DNA from: Candidatus Binatia bacterium
Lineage (GTDB): Bacteria > Desulfobacterota > Binatia > HRBIN30
Length of the DNA stretch: 12,858 nucleotides
Assembly (NCBI GenBank): GCA_038245295.1
Contig: JBBRSP010000059.1
Coordinates: 1-12,858, forward strand
Direction of reading: 5' to 3'
Below, piece by piece: positions 1 through 7,928 of the stretch. The notes below the pieces were generated by a model. It saw nothing but the letters and a program-made list of their open reading frames with translations, was not told where the DNA came from and did not search any database. Both the position numbers and the translations under genes were made by a program. Numbering within the stretch: position 1 is the stretch's first letter; each line of letters opens with the position of its first letter.

Positions 1-123
1 GATGGAAATCTAAGCTCAGTTGTGGAACACACTCTGTCATCGGCCCCTCCCCGCGTCCAACCGCCAAAACCTTAGTCAGTTGCAGTGGTTATCACGGATG
101 GGGCCGATGCTTTAGATCTCCAC

Positions 124-141
124 GTGAATTATCCGGGCTAG
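124..141 (+). mobile_element. Probable IS terminal inverted repeat (IS1380-like end) followed by CTAG target-like site; element would lie to the left
   Basis: GTGAATTATCCGGG|CTAG matches the reverse complement of 12721-12738 (ATGAATAGTCCGGG|CTAG) at 11/14 plus CTAG. It resembles my recollection of IS1380-family ends, not checked against ISfinder. No transposase in window. Confidence 0.5.
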
Positions 142-210
142 TTGACGCCGCTAGCTGTTGACTAGCAGGGACTCGAATTGACAGTGTGGAAGAGGGGCGA
201 AGACGCGACC

Positions 211-1461
211 ATGCCTGACTCCAATCCCTGGCTGGCGACACGACCGATTACCGACGCGGACGAACAGATCACGTCCGCGGAGCGTCTATTGCTGGAACGA
301 GCGCGGCTGGGTCTGCGCCTGATCCTGGTCGGCATCGTGGTCGTGCTGATCGGCTGGATCGTCGTCAGCCGCGGCGAGCAGCCGCGCATCACCATCGTTC
401 AGGGCTTCAACTTCGTTGCTGTCGCCGTCGCCTTGTGGGTGCTCAACGATCCGGCGCGCGGCACATTCAATCGCGTCGCCGGCGGCGCCGCCTACGCCGT
501 CACGATCGTCTGTACGGCGGCGGTCGGGATTCTCGCGGGCGACGCGACGACGCCGATCGCCATTCTGATCGGCATGGCGGTGATCGCCGGTACCATGCTG
601 CCGTGGAGCCCGTGGCTACAGCTCCTTGTCGTGCTGCTGACGAGTGCTGCCTGTGTCTGGACAGTCGTCTCCGTCGTGCCTTCACCGCCGCTGGGCTGGT
701 TCCGCAGCGCCGGCGCCATCGCCCCAACGCTGGTGTCGACCATCTACGTGTCGGATGTCCTGGGACGGCAGCGCGCCGCCGTCGCGCATGCGGAGCACGA
801 CCGGCGTGCTCGCGAGGCCGGACTACGCGAAGCCAACCGGCGCCTCGAGCAAGAGATCCAAGAACATCACCGTACCGAGGAAACGCTACGTTTTGCCATG
901 CGCGAGCTCGACCATCGGGTGAAGCACACGTTCGCTGTGGTGCAATCGGTTGCCGAGCAGACGCTGCGTTCCGCGGCGAATATGGACGAGTTCGGTGAAG
1001 CCTTCTCGGACCGCATCCGGTCCATGGCCAGCATCCACAACGCCCTGGCACAACGGCGCTGGGACGGCCTGGCACTGACCGATCTCGTCGATCTCGTTGT
1101 TGGTCCGTATCGTCATCATCACGGCAGTATCTCGATCGGCGGCGACGGCATCTTTGTCGCCGCGGAGTTGGTCCGCGTCCTTGGCATGACGCTGCACGAG
1201 CTGGCGACGAATTCAGCCAAGTACGGTGCCCTCTCCACGGCGCAGGGCCAGGTGACCATCACCTCGCAGGTCGACGGCGCGGCCCGCCTGCAGATCTCCT
1301 GGAGCGAGCGCGGCGGTCCGACCGTCAGCGAGCCAACGCGGCGCGGCTTCGGCATGCGCCTGATCGAGGAGGCGCTTGCCTACGAGGCGGACGGCCGTGT
1401 TGCGTTGTGGTTTTCCGGCGACGGCCTGTGTTGCGACATCGAGATCCCGGTTTCGGCATGA
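211..1461 (+). CDS. Membrane-bound sensor histidine kinase, HWE/HisKA_2 type
   Basis: About 5 hydrophobic segments, a coiled-coil linker, H-box ELDHRVKH, N-box LHELATNSAKYGALS, WxE motif WSERGGP and RRGFG. ATG 211 preferred over TTG 178 (AGAGGGG upstream). Confidence 0.92.
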   Translation: MPDSNPWLATRPITDADEQITSAERLLLERARLGLRLILVGIVVVLIGWIVVSRGEQPRITIVQGFNFVAVAVALWVLNDPARGTFNRVAGGAAYAVTIVCTAAVGILAGDATTPIAILIGMAVIAGTMLPWSPWLQLLVVLLTSAACVWTVVSVVPSPPLGWFRSAGAIAPTLVSTIYVSDVLGRQRAAVAHAEHDRRAREAGLREANRRLEQEIQEHHRTEETLRFAMRELDHRVKHTFAVVQSVAEQTLRSAANMDEFGEAFSDRIRSMASIHNALAQRRWDGLALTDLVDLVVGPYRHHHGSISIGGDGIFVAAELVRVLGMTLHELATNSAKYGALSTAQGQVTITSQVDGAARLQISWSERGGPTVSEPTRRGFGMRLIEEALAYEADGRVALWFSGDGLCCDIEIPVSA

Positions 1462-1853
1462 TCGAGCCGACCCTCAATGGCATGCGCATTCTCATCGTCG
1501 AGGACAACTTCGTCGTTGCCGATGCTTTGCGCTTCCTACTCAGCGGCTACGACGGCAAAGTCACCGCCATCGCGCCCAACCTGGAGCGCGGCTTTGCCGC
1601 TCTGGCCGCGGCGGCGATCGACATTGCCATCCTCGACATCAATCTCAACGGCACCAGTGTGGTCCCCCTGGCCGAGCACCTGCGAGCGAACAACATCCCG
1701 TTTGTCTTCGTGACCGGTTACGCGGACGAGACGCTCCTCCCAGAGCACCTGCGCACGCACCCCCGTTTCGATAAGCCCGTCGAAGCCGACCGCCTGATAC
1801 GTACCCTGATCGAGCTGACTCGCCCCCGCGGCTCGGGCCCGTTCGGGCTTTGA
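1458..1853 (+). CDS. Single-domain response regulator (receiver), PFxFATGY-like subfamily
   Basis: ATGA overlap with kinase stop (1458-1461); ILIVEDN acidic pocket, ILDINL phosphoacceptor, PFVFVTGY, DKP; no output domain. Confidence 0.92.
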   Translation: MIEPTLNGMRILIVEDNFVVADALRFLLSGYDGKVTAIAPNLERGFAALAAAAIDIAILDINLNGTSVVPLAEHLRANNIPFVFVTGYADETLLPEHLRTHPRFDKPVEADRLIRTLIELTRPRGSGPFGL

Positions 1854-1857
1854 CTCC

Positions 1858-1880
1858 GTTTTGAGAGGCTGTCTCAAAAC
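1858..1880 (+). terminator. Perfect 9-bp hairpin just after receiver gene stop (terminator or IS-end footprint)
   Basis: GTTTTGAGA-ggctg-TCTCAAAAC; no clear U-tract follows. Confidence 0.4.
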
Positions 1881-1905
1881 TTGCGCGGCGGGCTTCGACG
1901 GGAGC

Positions 1906-1991
1906 AAAGGGTCCTGCCCCCTTTTCCGCTAGCGCGACGCTTCTTCTCCTTGATGATTCCCGCTGCCAGAAATGGGTCCTGTCCCCTTTCC
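1906..1991. repeat. Two imperfect direct copies of a REP-like ~22-nt motif
   Basis: AAAGGGTCCTGCCCCCTTTTCC (1906-1927) and AAATGGGTCCTGTCCCCTTTCC (1970-1991), each partly self-complementary, in non-coding DNA. Confidence 0.6.
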
Positions 1992-2399
1992 CTACGGGAC
2001 GACGATGTCGAGATCCGGGTTACTGATCGTGGCGAGAGCCGGATCCAGTGGCGCGTGATTCTCAGACGCAATAGGTTCCAGGGGCGGGCCGAAACGGCAA
2101 CCACCCCCGGCACCGCCAGCCGACGGTGAGAAACCTCTTTGTTTTCAATGGCTCCGTTCGGAAATCGCCAAAAAACGTTGAGTTTGTGTGCGTAGGGTAA
2201 GTCATCTTGGTGGCTGGGACGCGATCCTGGGGCTTCCTGGTGCGTCGTGGGGGGTGTCGATGGGCGACAATTTTGGGCGTGTCTGTTTATCTGGACAGCC
2301 GTAGATTCGGGCGCTGGTGCAGGGCGCCCTCTTCGCGGGGCGCCAATCCTTCGCAACATTTCTTGCAATACGGTCCATTCCGACCGTAGGAAGCAGACG

Positions 2400-3488
2400 A
2401 TGGTGCGTGCGCTGCCCGCAATCCGATGCCTGCCGAGCGGCGAGCAGGAGCTACTCCTCAAGGCGGCGCTGTTGCCGATAGGAGCCGGACTTGCGGCGTG
2501 GCGCGCGTGGCGTGCACGCAACACCTTCGATCATGTCGATCGTGGTTCGCTGCGCTTGCTCGCCCTCGTGCATTGCAACCTAGGGCGCAACCCCGCCGGC
2601 GCCGACGCCCTAGGCGACGATGCCGCTCAACTTCGCCACATTCACCGCGGCGCCTGGTAGCTTAATCAACGACTCATCGGCGCCGCGCGCCCGGTGCTCG
2701 ACGCGTTGCAGGCGGCCGGAATGACGCCGGTTCTGCTCAAGGGCGGCGCCCTCGGAATCACGGTCTACGGCGATGCCGGTGCGCGGCCGATGGAAGACAT
2801 CGATATCCTCGTGCGGCCGCATCAGGCGCTACACGCAGGAGGGATCCTCGCGGGACACGGCTTCGTTCCGCAGTATCGCTTCGACGAGCAACGCGTGCGC
2901 ACGCTCAATGCGGTCAACTTCAGCAGCACGACGAGCCCCGGCCATACATCCGGTGCCATCGATCTGCACTGGCACCTGTTGCCGGAACCTTGCGACGAGA
3001 GTTGCGACGAGGCTGTGCACACGCGCGCCAAACCGGCGCTGCTGCGCGACTTACCGGTCCATGTTCTCGATCCGACCGATGAGCTTCTGCTGGCCTGCGC
3101 TCACGGCATCCGTTGGAACCTGACGCCGCCAATTCGTTGGGCGGCCGATGCTCATCTCCTGGTGACGCGTCTGGCGGATACGATCGATTGGGCGAGGTTG
3201 GTCGACACGGCACGGCGTCGCGGTCTAACGCTGCCGGTACGTACGGCGCTGCGATACATCGCGAGCTCGCTCGCGACCCCGGTTCCTGATGCCGTGTTGA
3301 GGCAACTCGAGGAAACGACGCCGCGCACCAGCGAGCGTCTCGAGTTCTGGCTGCGCGTCTCACCGCTCGCCGAGCCGTGGTTCGGCGACGATTCGCGAAG
3401 ATGGTGCAAGCTTGAACCACGTGCCGCGCCCTCCCCTCAAGCCCTCTCGGTAGCCAATCCAACTGAGCTGGGAGAGGGAGGCGTCTAG
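2400..3488 (+). pseudogene. Nucleotidyltransferase family protein (NTP_transf_5-like), interrupted by in-frame TAG at 2658-2660
   Basis: ORFs 2247..2660 and 2694..3488 are in the same frame. N-terminal PSGEQELLLKAALL..AAWRAWR..DRGSLRLL joins across the stop (GAW*LNQRL) to VLLKGGAL..Y...GARPMEDIDILV, IDLHWHL, LLLACAHG and RWAAD. AGGAAG precedes ATG 2400. Confidence 0.85.
3427..3483. repeat. REP-like palindromic element overlapping the nucleotidyltransferase 3' end
   Basis: CCCTCCCCTCAAGCCCTCTC...GGGAGAGGGAGG; CCCTCTC (3442-3448) pairs with GAGAGGG (3472-3478). Resembles the widespread CCCTCTCCC/GGGAGAGGG repeat type. Confidence 0.5.
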
Positions 3489-3593
3489 CCGCCATCAGCG
3501 CTTTTCAGAAGGTGCAATATTGATCCTGTCTGGAACTTTATTTGCGACGCGCGACCAGCTACTCAACGCCGCAACACTGTAGGAGGACCCGCG

Positions 3594-4004
3594 ATGAGTA
3601 CTGCCCTGCTTGTTCTCGATCCGAAAGCCGCCAGCTTCGAGGACTTCGGCGATGAGATCGTCGTTATCCATAATGACAGCGGCGTGTTCTACTCGTTGAA
3701 GGGTAGGGCAATGGCTGTATGGCGCGGCCTGGCAGATGGTGTCGATCCGATGTCGATCGACCGGCCTGCGCCTGAGCTCGCGCCGGAAGAGGTCGAAACC
3801 ATCCAGCGTATGCTGGCGGAGCTCACGGCAAAGGCGATCATCGTGTCGACCGAACGAGCCACCGCTGCTTCGCCGTTGCAATGGCGCGATCTTGGCCCGG
3901 CTCGCTTCGAGAGCAACAGCGACTTCGACGACCTCATCCGTCTCGATCCGATCCATGACGTCTCCGACAGTGGCTGGCCACATAAGAAAACCGATTCGAA
4001 GTGA
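3594..4004 (+). CDS. PqqD-family / RiPP recognition element (RRE) protein with C-terminal DPIHDV..GWP tail
   Basis: Strong SD AGGAGG. Residues ~1-85 fit the RRE pattern (FEDFGDEIVVIHNDSGVFYSLKGRAMAVWRGL...MLAELTAKAII), followed by a linker and PARFESNSDFDDLIRLDPIHDVSDSGWP. Confidence 0.8.
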   Translation: MSTALLVLDPKAASFEDFGDEIVVIHNDSGVFYSLKGRAMAVWRGLADGVDPMSIDRPAPELAPEEVETIQRMLAELTAKAIIVSTERATAASPLQWRDLGPARFESNSDFDDLIRLDPIHDVSDSGWPHKKTDSK

Positions 4005-4963
4005 CTGCAACACCGCTCCACCTCGAGCTGGCGGGTGAGCCGTGGAAGCTCGAGGTCCCTGAGCGATGGCGCCCACGCGTCGATATTGCCTTCGGCCATC
4101 TCGCCGGCGCCGCTGTGGCCGAACCACGGGTCCGTGTTTCGTTACGCTGCAGCGCCAGCGCCGAGGAGCGGCGCTGGGCGACGGCTTTGGTCGCTAAACT
4201 TCCTGAAGCGGATGGCATTGCCGCAATCGACAACGAGGAGGGGTGGGTTCATGTGTCGCGCGTATCGATCGATCGCTGGGATCAGCGCGCGGGTAGCGGA
4301 GAATCGACGCTGCTCGATCTCCGTTACGAAGAGAATTACCTGGGGACCAACATTCTCCTCCGACAGATTGTCTGGCGCGCCCACGAGCGCGGCCTCGTCC
4401 CAGTCCACGCGGCGGCTGTTGGTGGTGACGGTGGCTTCTGGCTGATCCCAGCGGCCGCTGGGCAAGGCAAGTCGACGCTTGCCGCTGCCGCTGTGGCCGC
4501 CGGTCTACAAGCTCTCTCCGATGATTTCCTCTTGCTCGATCCGCAGACGCGAATCCTCCACAGCCTGTACGCAACCATCCGTTTGGAACCTGCGGCGCAT
4601 CGAATGGTCAGCGAGCATTTTGGCGAAGGCCGCCTGCGTATCGCTGCGCAACGCGACGACGACAAACTGCTGCTGGCTGCCGCCGACGCGTCGGCATTTG
4701 TGGCCGGCGGCCGGTTGCGCGGCATCCTGATCCTCAACCGGGTCGGTAAGATACGGATGGGGGAAGCCGTGGCGCCGGCGCGCGCGCTGCAATCCTTCGC
4801 AAGCTCGCTGCGCCTCCTGCCATCACTCGGCTTCCCAGCCGCTGCTGCGTTTCGGCACTTCAGCGAGCTCAGCCGGTCGGTCGAGTGCCGAGTGCTCGAG
4901 ACCGGCCCTGATCTGACGCGTCTCGTCGACTGCTTGCGAAACCATGCAGGGTGCGCCGTATGA
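4001..4963 (+). CDS. HPr kinase/phosphorylase-like P-loop serine kinase
   Basis: GTGA overlap with RRE gene; VHAAAVG, Walker A AAAGQGKST and LSDDFLLLD, the HprK/PEPCK-fold signature set. Confidence 0.85.
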   Translation: MTATPLHLELAGEPWKLEVPERWRPRVDIAFGHLAGAAVAEPRVRVSLRCSASAEERRWATALVAKLPEADGIAAIDNEEGWVHVSRVSIDRWDQRAGSGESTLLDLRYEENYLGTNILLRQIVWRAHERGLVPVHAAAVGGDGGFWLIPAAAGQGKSTLAAAAVAAGLQALSDDFLLLDPQTRILHSLYATIRLEPAAHRMVSEHFGEGRLRIAAQRDDDKLLLAAADASAFVAGGRLRGILILNRVGKIRMGEAVAPARALQSFASSLRLLPSLGFPAAAAFRHFSELSRSVECRVLETGPDLTRLVDCLRNHAGCAV

Positions 4964-6030
4964 CGACACCCGTCGCCCTCTTCGTGTTCAACCGTCCAAA
5001 CCTTACCCGCGCCGCGATCTCACGCCTGGCCGCCGTGCGTCCCGATCGCCTGCTGGTTGTTGCCGACGGCCCGCGCTCGCCGGCCGAAGCGTCACTGTGC
5101 GCGGAAACGCGCCGGATCGTGCGCGATGGTCTGAGCTGGGATGTCGATGTCGAGTTCCTCGAGAGTGTCGAGAATCTAGGATGCCGCCGGCGCTTCGAGT
5201 CGGGTCTCGACTGGGTCTTCGATCGCGTCGATCGCGCCATCCTTCTCGAGGACGACATCGAGGTGAGTCCGCTATTCTTTGACTTCGCTACGCTGGCCTT
5301 GGAGCGTTTCGAGACGACACCCGATGTGCGGATGATCTCCGGGCACAATGCGCTCGTGGAATATCCGCATGACGCGCGACCGTTCCTCAGCCGTGAGTGC
5401 TCGATCTGGGGCTGGGCAACATGGGCGGACCGCTGGCAAGACTACCGTTCCTGCTTCGCTCGGCAGCCGGCCGATACCATCGTAAAAGGCATCGCGCGGT
5501 ACGCGAGCTTCGACGTCCAGGCTCGCCTTCAGCGCCACCTGTTCGAGACGCGGCTATGGGAGAAGATCGACACGTGGGACATGCCGTGGAACATCTGGAA
5601 CCTGTCGACGGGCGGCTACTGCTTGGTTGTGCCGCGCAATCAGGTGATCAATCACGGCATCGGTCGCGATGCGACGCACACGAAGACCGAGGATGACCTG
5701 CGGGCAAACCTGCCGCTGTGTGCCTGGCTGCCGGCGGCCGACGCTCTGGAGGCTCCGGTCGTTCTCGCCGGCTACGAACGCGCCGTTACACTGCTCGAGC
5801 TCGTGCTGAACTATGACGACCCGCGGCGCTGGAAAGTCCTCTTCCAACGTCGCGGCCAGTTGCCGGCGCAAGCAAAAGGGCCCGGCTGGGAGATCATGCT
5901 CAGCCCGTTTGACCACCCCGAGGAAACCGCCGGACTGATCGCGCATCTCCGGCCACACCTCGGCGGACAGCAACTGGATCGTTTGGCGGAGATCTTCCCG
6001 GTGGTTGAACCTCTGCGGAGCGATGCTTGA
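4960..6030 (+). CDS. GT-A fold glycosyltransferase (FNRP...DGPR...NLG...LEDD type)
   Basis: ATGA overlap; PVALFVFNRP, VVADGPR, ENLGC, ILLEDD, IWGWATW, DTWD, PRNQVINHGIG..ATHT. Confidence 0.88.
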   Translation: MTTPVALFVFNRPNLTRAAISRLAAVRPDRLLVVADGPRSPAEASLCAETRRIVRDGLSWDVDVEFLESVENLGCRRRFESGLDWVFDRVDRAILLEDDIEVSPLFFDFATLALERFETTPDVRMISGHNALVEYPHDARPFLSRECSIWGWATWADRWQDYRSCFARQPADTIVKGIARYASFDVQARLQRHLFETRLWEKIDTWDMPWNIWNLSTGGYCLVVPRNQVINHGIGRDATHTKTEDDLRANLPLCAWLPAADALEAPVVLAGYERAVTLLELVLNYDDPRRWKVLFQRRGQLPAQAKGPGWEIMLSPFDHPEETAGLIAHLRPHLGGQQLDRLAEIFPVVEPLRSDA

Positions 6031-6679
6031 TGATGGTTGGGGATCCCAGTTCATGTCTTCCTTGAGCCTGATCTTGGTGACGAAGAATGCTGCTCCGTTT
6101 CTCGCTGCGGCGATGGTTCAGGCGGAAACCTGTCGGCGCGACTTCGATGCGCAGGTCATTGCCGTCGACGCCGGCTCCACCGACGGCACGTGGGAGAGCC
6201 TCGAGCTGATGACGAGCTGGACCGTGCAGCGGCAGCACCAGGCCGGCCTTGCCGCGGCGCGCAACGAGGCGGTCGAGTTGGCGACCGGCGAGGTCATCGC
6301 GTTTCTCGACGCCGATGACGAGTGGGCGCCGGACAAGACGACGAAGCAACTGCAGGCGCTCGAGCGCGAACCCGATACCGATGTGGTGAGTGCGCTGCTG
6401 CGCAAAGTCGGAGCCCTGGGAGACGGGACGATTCATCCGGCCTGGACCCCGTCGGGCTGCCTGTTTCGCCGCCGTGCCTTCGATCGTGTTGGACCCTTCG
6501 ACATCCGCTTGCGGCTTGCTTGCGATCACGAATGGTTCATGCGCGCGCGGCGCATGCAGCTGCGGATGAGTCTGATCGAAGAATGTCTGGTGCAGAAGAA
6601 CATCCACGACGCCAACCTGTCGCACCGCCGAGACGAATACCGGGCGGAGCTTCTCGAGGTTCTGAGAAGCCGTGACTGA
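6023..6679 (+). CDS. Glycosyltransferase family 2
   Basis: VIAVDAGSTDGT, GLAAARN, IAFLDADDEW, FDRVGPFD, DHEWFMR. Start is ATG 6023 (overlaps upstream stop) or ATG 6053. Confidence 0.9.
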   Translation: MLDDGWGSQFMSSLSLILVTKNAAPFLAAAMVQAETCRRDFDAQVIAVDAGSTDGTWESLELMTSWTVQRQHQAGLAAARNEAVELATGEVIAFLDADDEWAPDKTTKQLQALEREPDTDVVSALLRKVGALGDGTIHPAWTPSGCLFRRRAFDRVGPFDIRLRLACDHEWFMRARRMQLRMSLIEECLVQKNIHDANLSHRRDEYRAELLEVLRSRD

Positions 6680-7928
6680 GCTGCAGGTCCTGCACATCGT
6701 TCCGCGCTGGAGCGATGGTGGTGCCACGCCCACTATTTTGTCGGAAGCGAAACACGCTCGCGACAGCGGCTCCGGCATTCGGCATCGCGCGCTGACGTTG
6801 GAGCCCGGCGGGTCGTTGGCGCTCGTCAAGGAAGCACTGCGCCTGGGTCTGCGGTTACACGTTGCTCCTGCGCCTGCCGAAGAGGCGAAGATCGTGGAGG
6901 CGGCGCACGTCGTCGTCCTCCACTTCTGGAACACTCCCTCGTTGCGATGTTTCCTTGATCGCTGGCGCGGCACACCGCTCCGATGGATGGTCCACGCGCA
7001 TGTCAACGGCGTGCATCAACCGCAACGACTACCTCCGATGCTGGTCTCGAGCGCGTGTCATGCGGTGTTGACGAGCCCGCTGCCGAACGGAATCGCGACG
7101 CCGCCAGGTGTCACCGTCATCCCCGCGCCGGCCGACCTGGTGGCGGTCGGGGAGGTTGGTGCGGACACCGAACGCGGATCGATCATGCACACCGGGACGC
7201 TCAACGTCTTCAAGCTGTCGCCGCATTTCGTGACGCTCCATGCGCCCGTGGCCGACGCCGCCGATCCGATCCTGGTCATCGGATCGGGAGGTGATGAGGA
7301 GCGCTTTCAGGCCGAAGCGAGCGATCTCGGTGTTGCCGAGGGGTTTCGTTGGTTGGGGTTTCGCTCCGATCTTCGCGCTTCGTTTGCCAGCACGCGCCTG
7401 CTGTCGTATCCGGTCTCGTCGTTCTCCTATGCGTCGTCCGACAGGGTGATCCAGTTTGCCCAGTCGGCGGGTGTCCCCGTGCTCGTTCAACGGGATGCGC
7501 CCGTCGCCTATCTGGTGCGCGACGGCGTGACCGGGATTCTCGCCGCCGATCTCGATGACTTTCAACGCAAGCTCGTTGCCATCTCGCGTCGTGAGATTGA
7601 CCTACCTGAGCGCCGGATGGTGGCTCAGGCGGCATGGGTGGACCACGACCCCGCGCCCAAGCTCGCTAAGCTGCAGTTGATCTACCGGACGATCGAAGCC
7701 GAGGTTGCCCGACCGGTGGACGATGGTTTTCCGGACCTCCTGTCGTGGATCGACTATCAGGTCGGCGACGTGACGGAGTTGCAAGGGGCGCGTCGACCGC
7801 CGCTCAGCGAGTTGCGCGACGACAGTGTACTGGCGCGGCATCAACGCTGGGCTTGCGAGGGTGGCCTGGCGCAGTATGTCAATGCATTTCCCGGGCTCGC
7901 CGATTGCTTGCGATGGGTCAACGGATGA
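6672..7928 (+). CDS. GT-B fold glycosyltransferase (family 4-like, divergent)
   Basis: VLHIVPRWSDGGA N-terminus, LVIGSG, FRWLGFRSDL, AQSAGVPVLV, LVRDGVTGIL; 8-nt overlap with GT2 gene. Confidence 0.8.
   Translation: MTELQVLHIVPRWSDGGATPTILSEAKHARDSGSGIRHRALTLEPGGSLALVKEALRLGLRLHVAPAPAEEAKIVEAAHVVVLHFWNTPSLRCFLDRWRGTPLRWMVHAHVNGVHQPQRLPPMLVSSACHAVLTSPLPNGIATPPGVTVIPAPADLVAVGEVGADTERGSIMHTGTLNVFKLSPHFVTLHAPVADAADPILVIGSGGDEERFQAEASDLGVAEGFRWLGFRSDLRASFASTRLLSYPVSSFSYASSDRVIQFAQSAGVPVLVQRDAPVAYLVRDGVTGILAADLDDFQRKLVAISRREIDLPERRMVAQAAWVDHDPAPKLAKLQLIYRTIEAEVARPVDDGFPDLLSWIDYQVGDVTELQGARRPPLSELRDDSVLARHQRWACEGGLAQYVNAFPGLADCLRWVNG

Noticed and set aside
1874..2524. 216-aa minus-strand ORF
   Set aside because: No recognisable motif; it overlaps the NTase start antisense and runs through repeats.
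2579..2614. 9-bp inverted repeat CCTAGGGCG-N18-CGCCCTAGG upstream of the internal TAG
   Set aside because: It lies within coding sequence, 5' of the stop rather than 3' as readthrough elements usually are; could be chance.
3532..3560. GGAACTT as an ECF sigma -35 element for the RRE gene
   Set aside because: No matching -10 element (CGTT/TCAAA-like) at 16-17 nt spacing.
3594..4004. PQQ biosynthesis gene pqqD
   Set aside because: No pqqA/B/C/E in the window; the context is kinase plus glycosyltransferases, so only the fold is shared.
2400..4963. Complete lasso peptide cluster
   Set aside because: No lasso cyclase, B2 peptidase or separate lasso precursor seen; I did not spot a convincing short precursor ORF in 1854-2399 or 3489-3593.
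4001..4963. Canonical hprK of carbon catabolite repression
   Set aside because: Only the catalytic motifs are recognisable; there is no PTS gene context.
5900..7006. 368-aa minus-strand ORF and other long antisense ORFs (e.g. 3495..4127, 8855..9517)
   Set aside because: Shadow frames of well-supported genes in GC-rich DNA; Arg/Ala-rich with no motifs.
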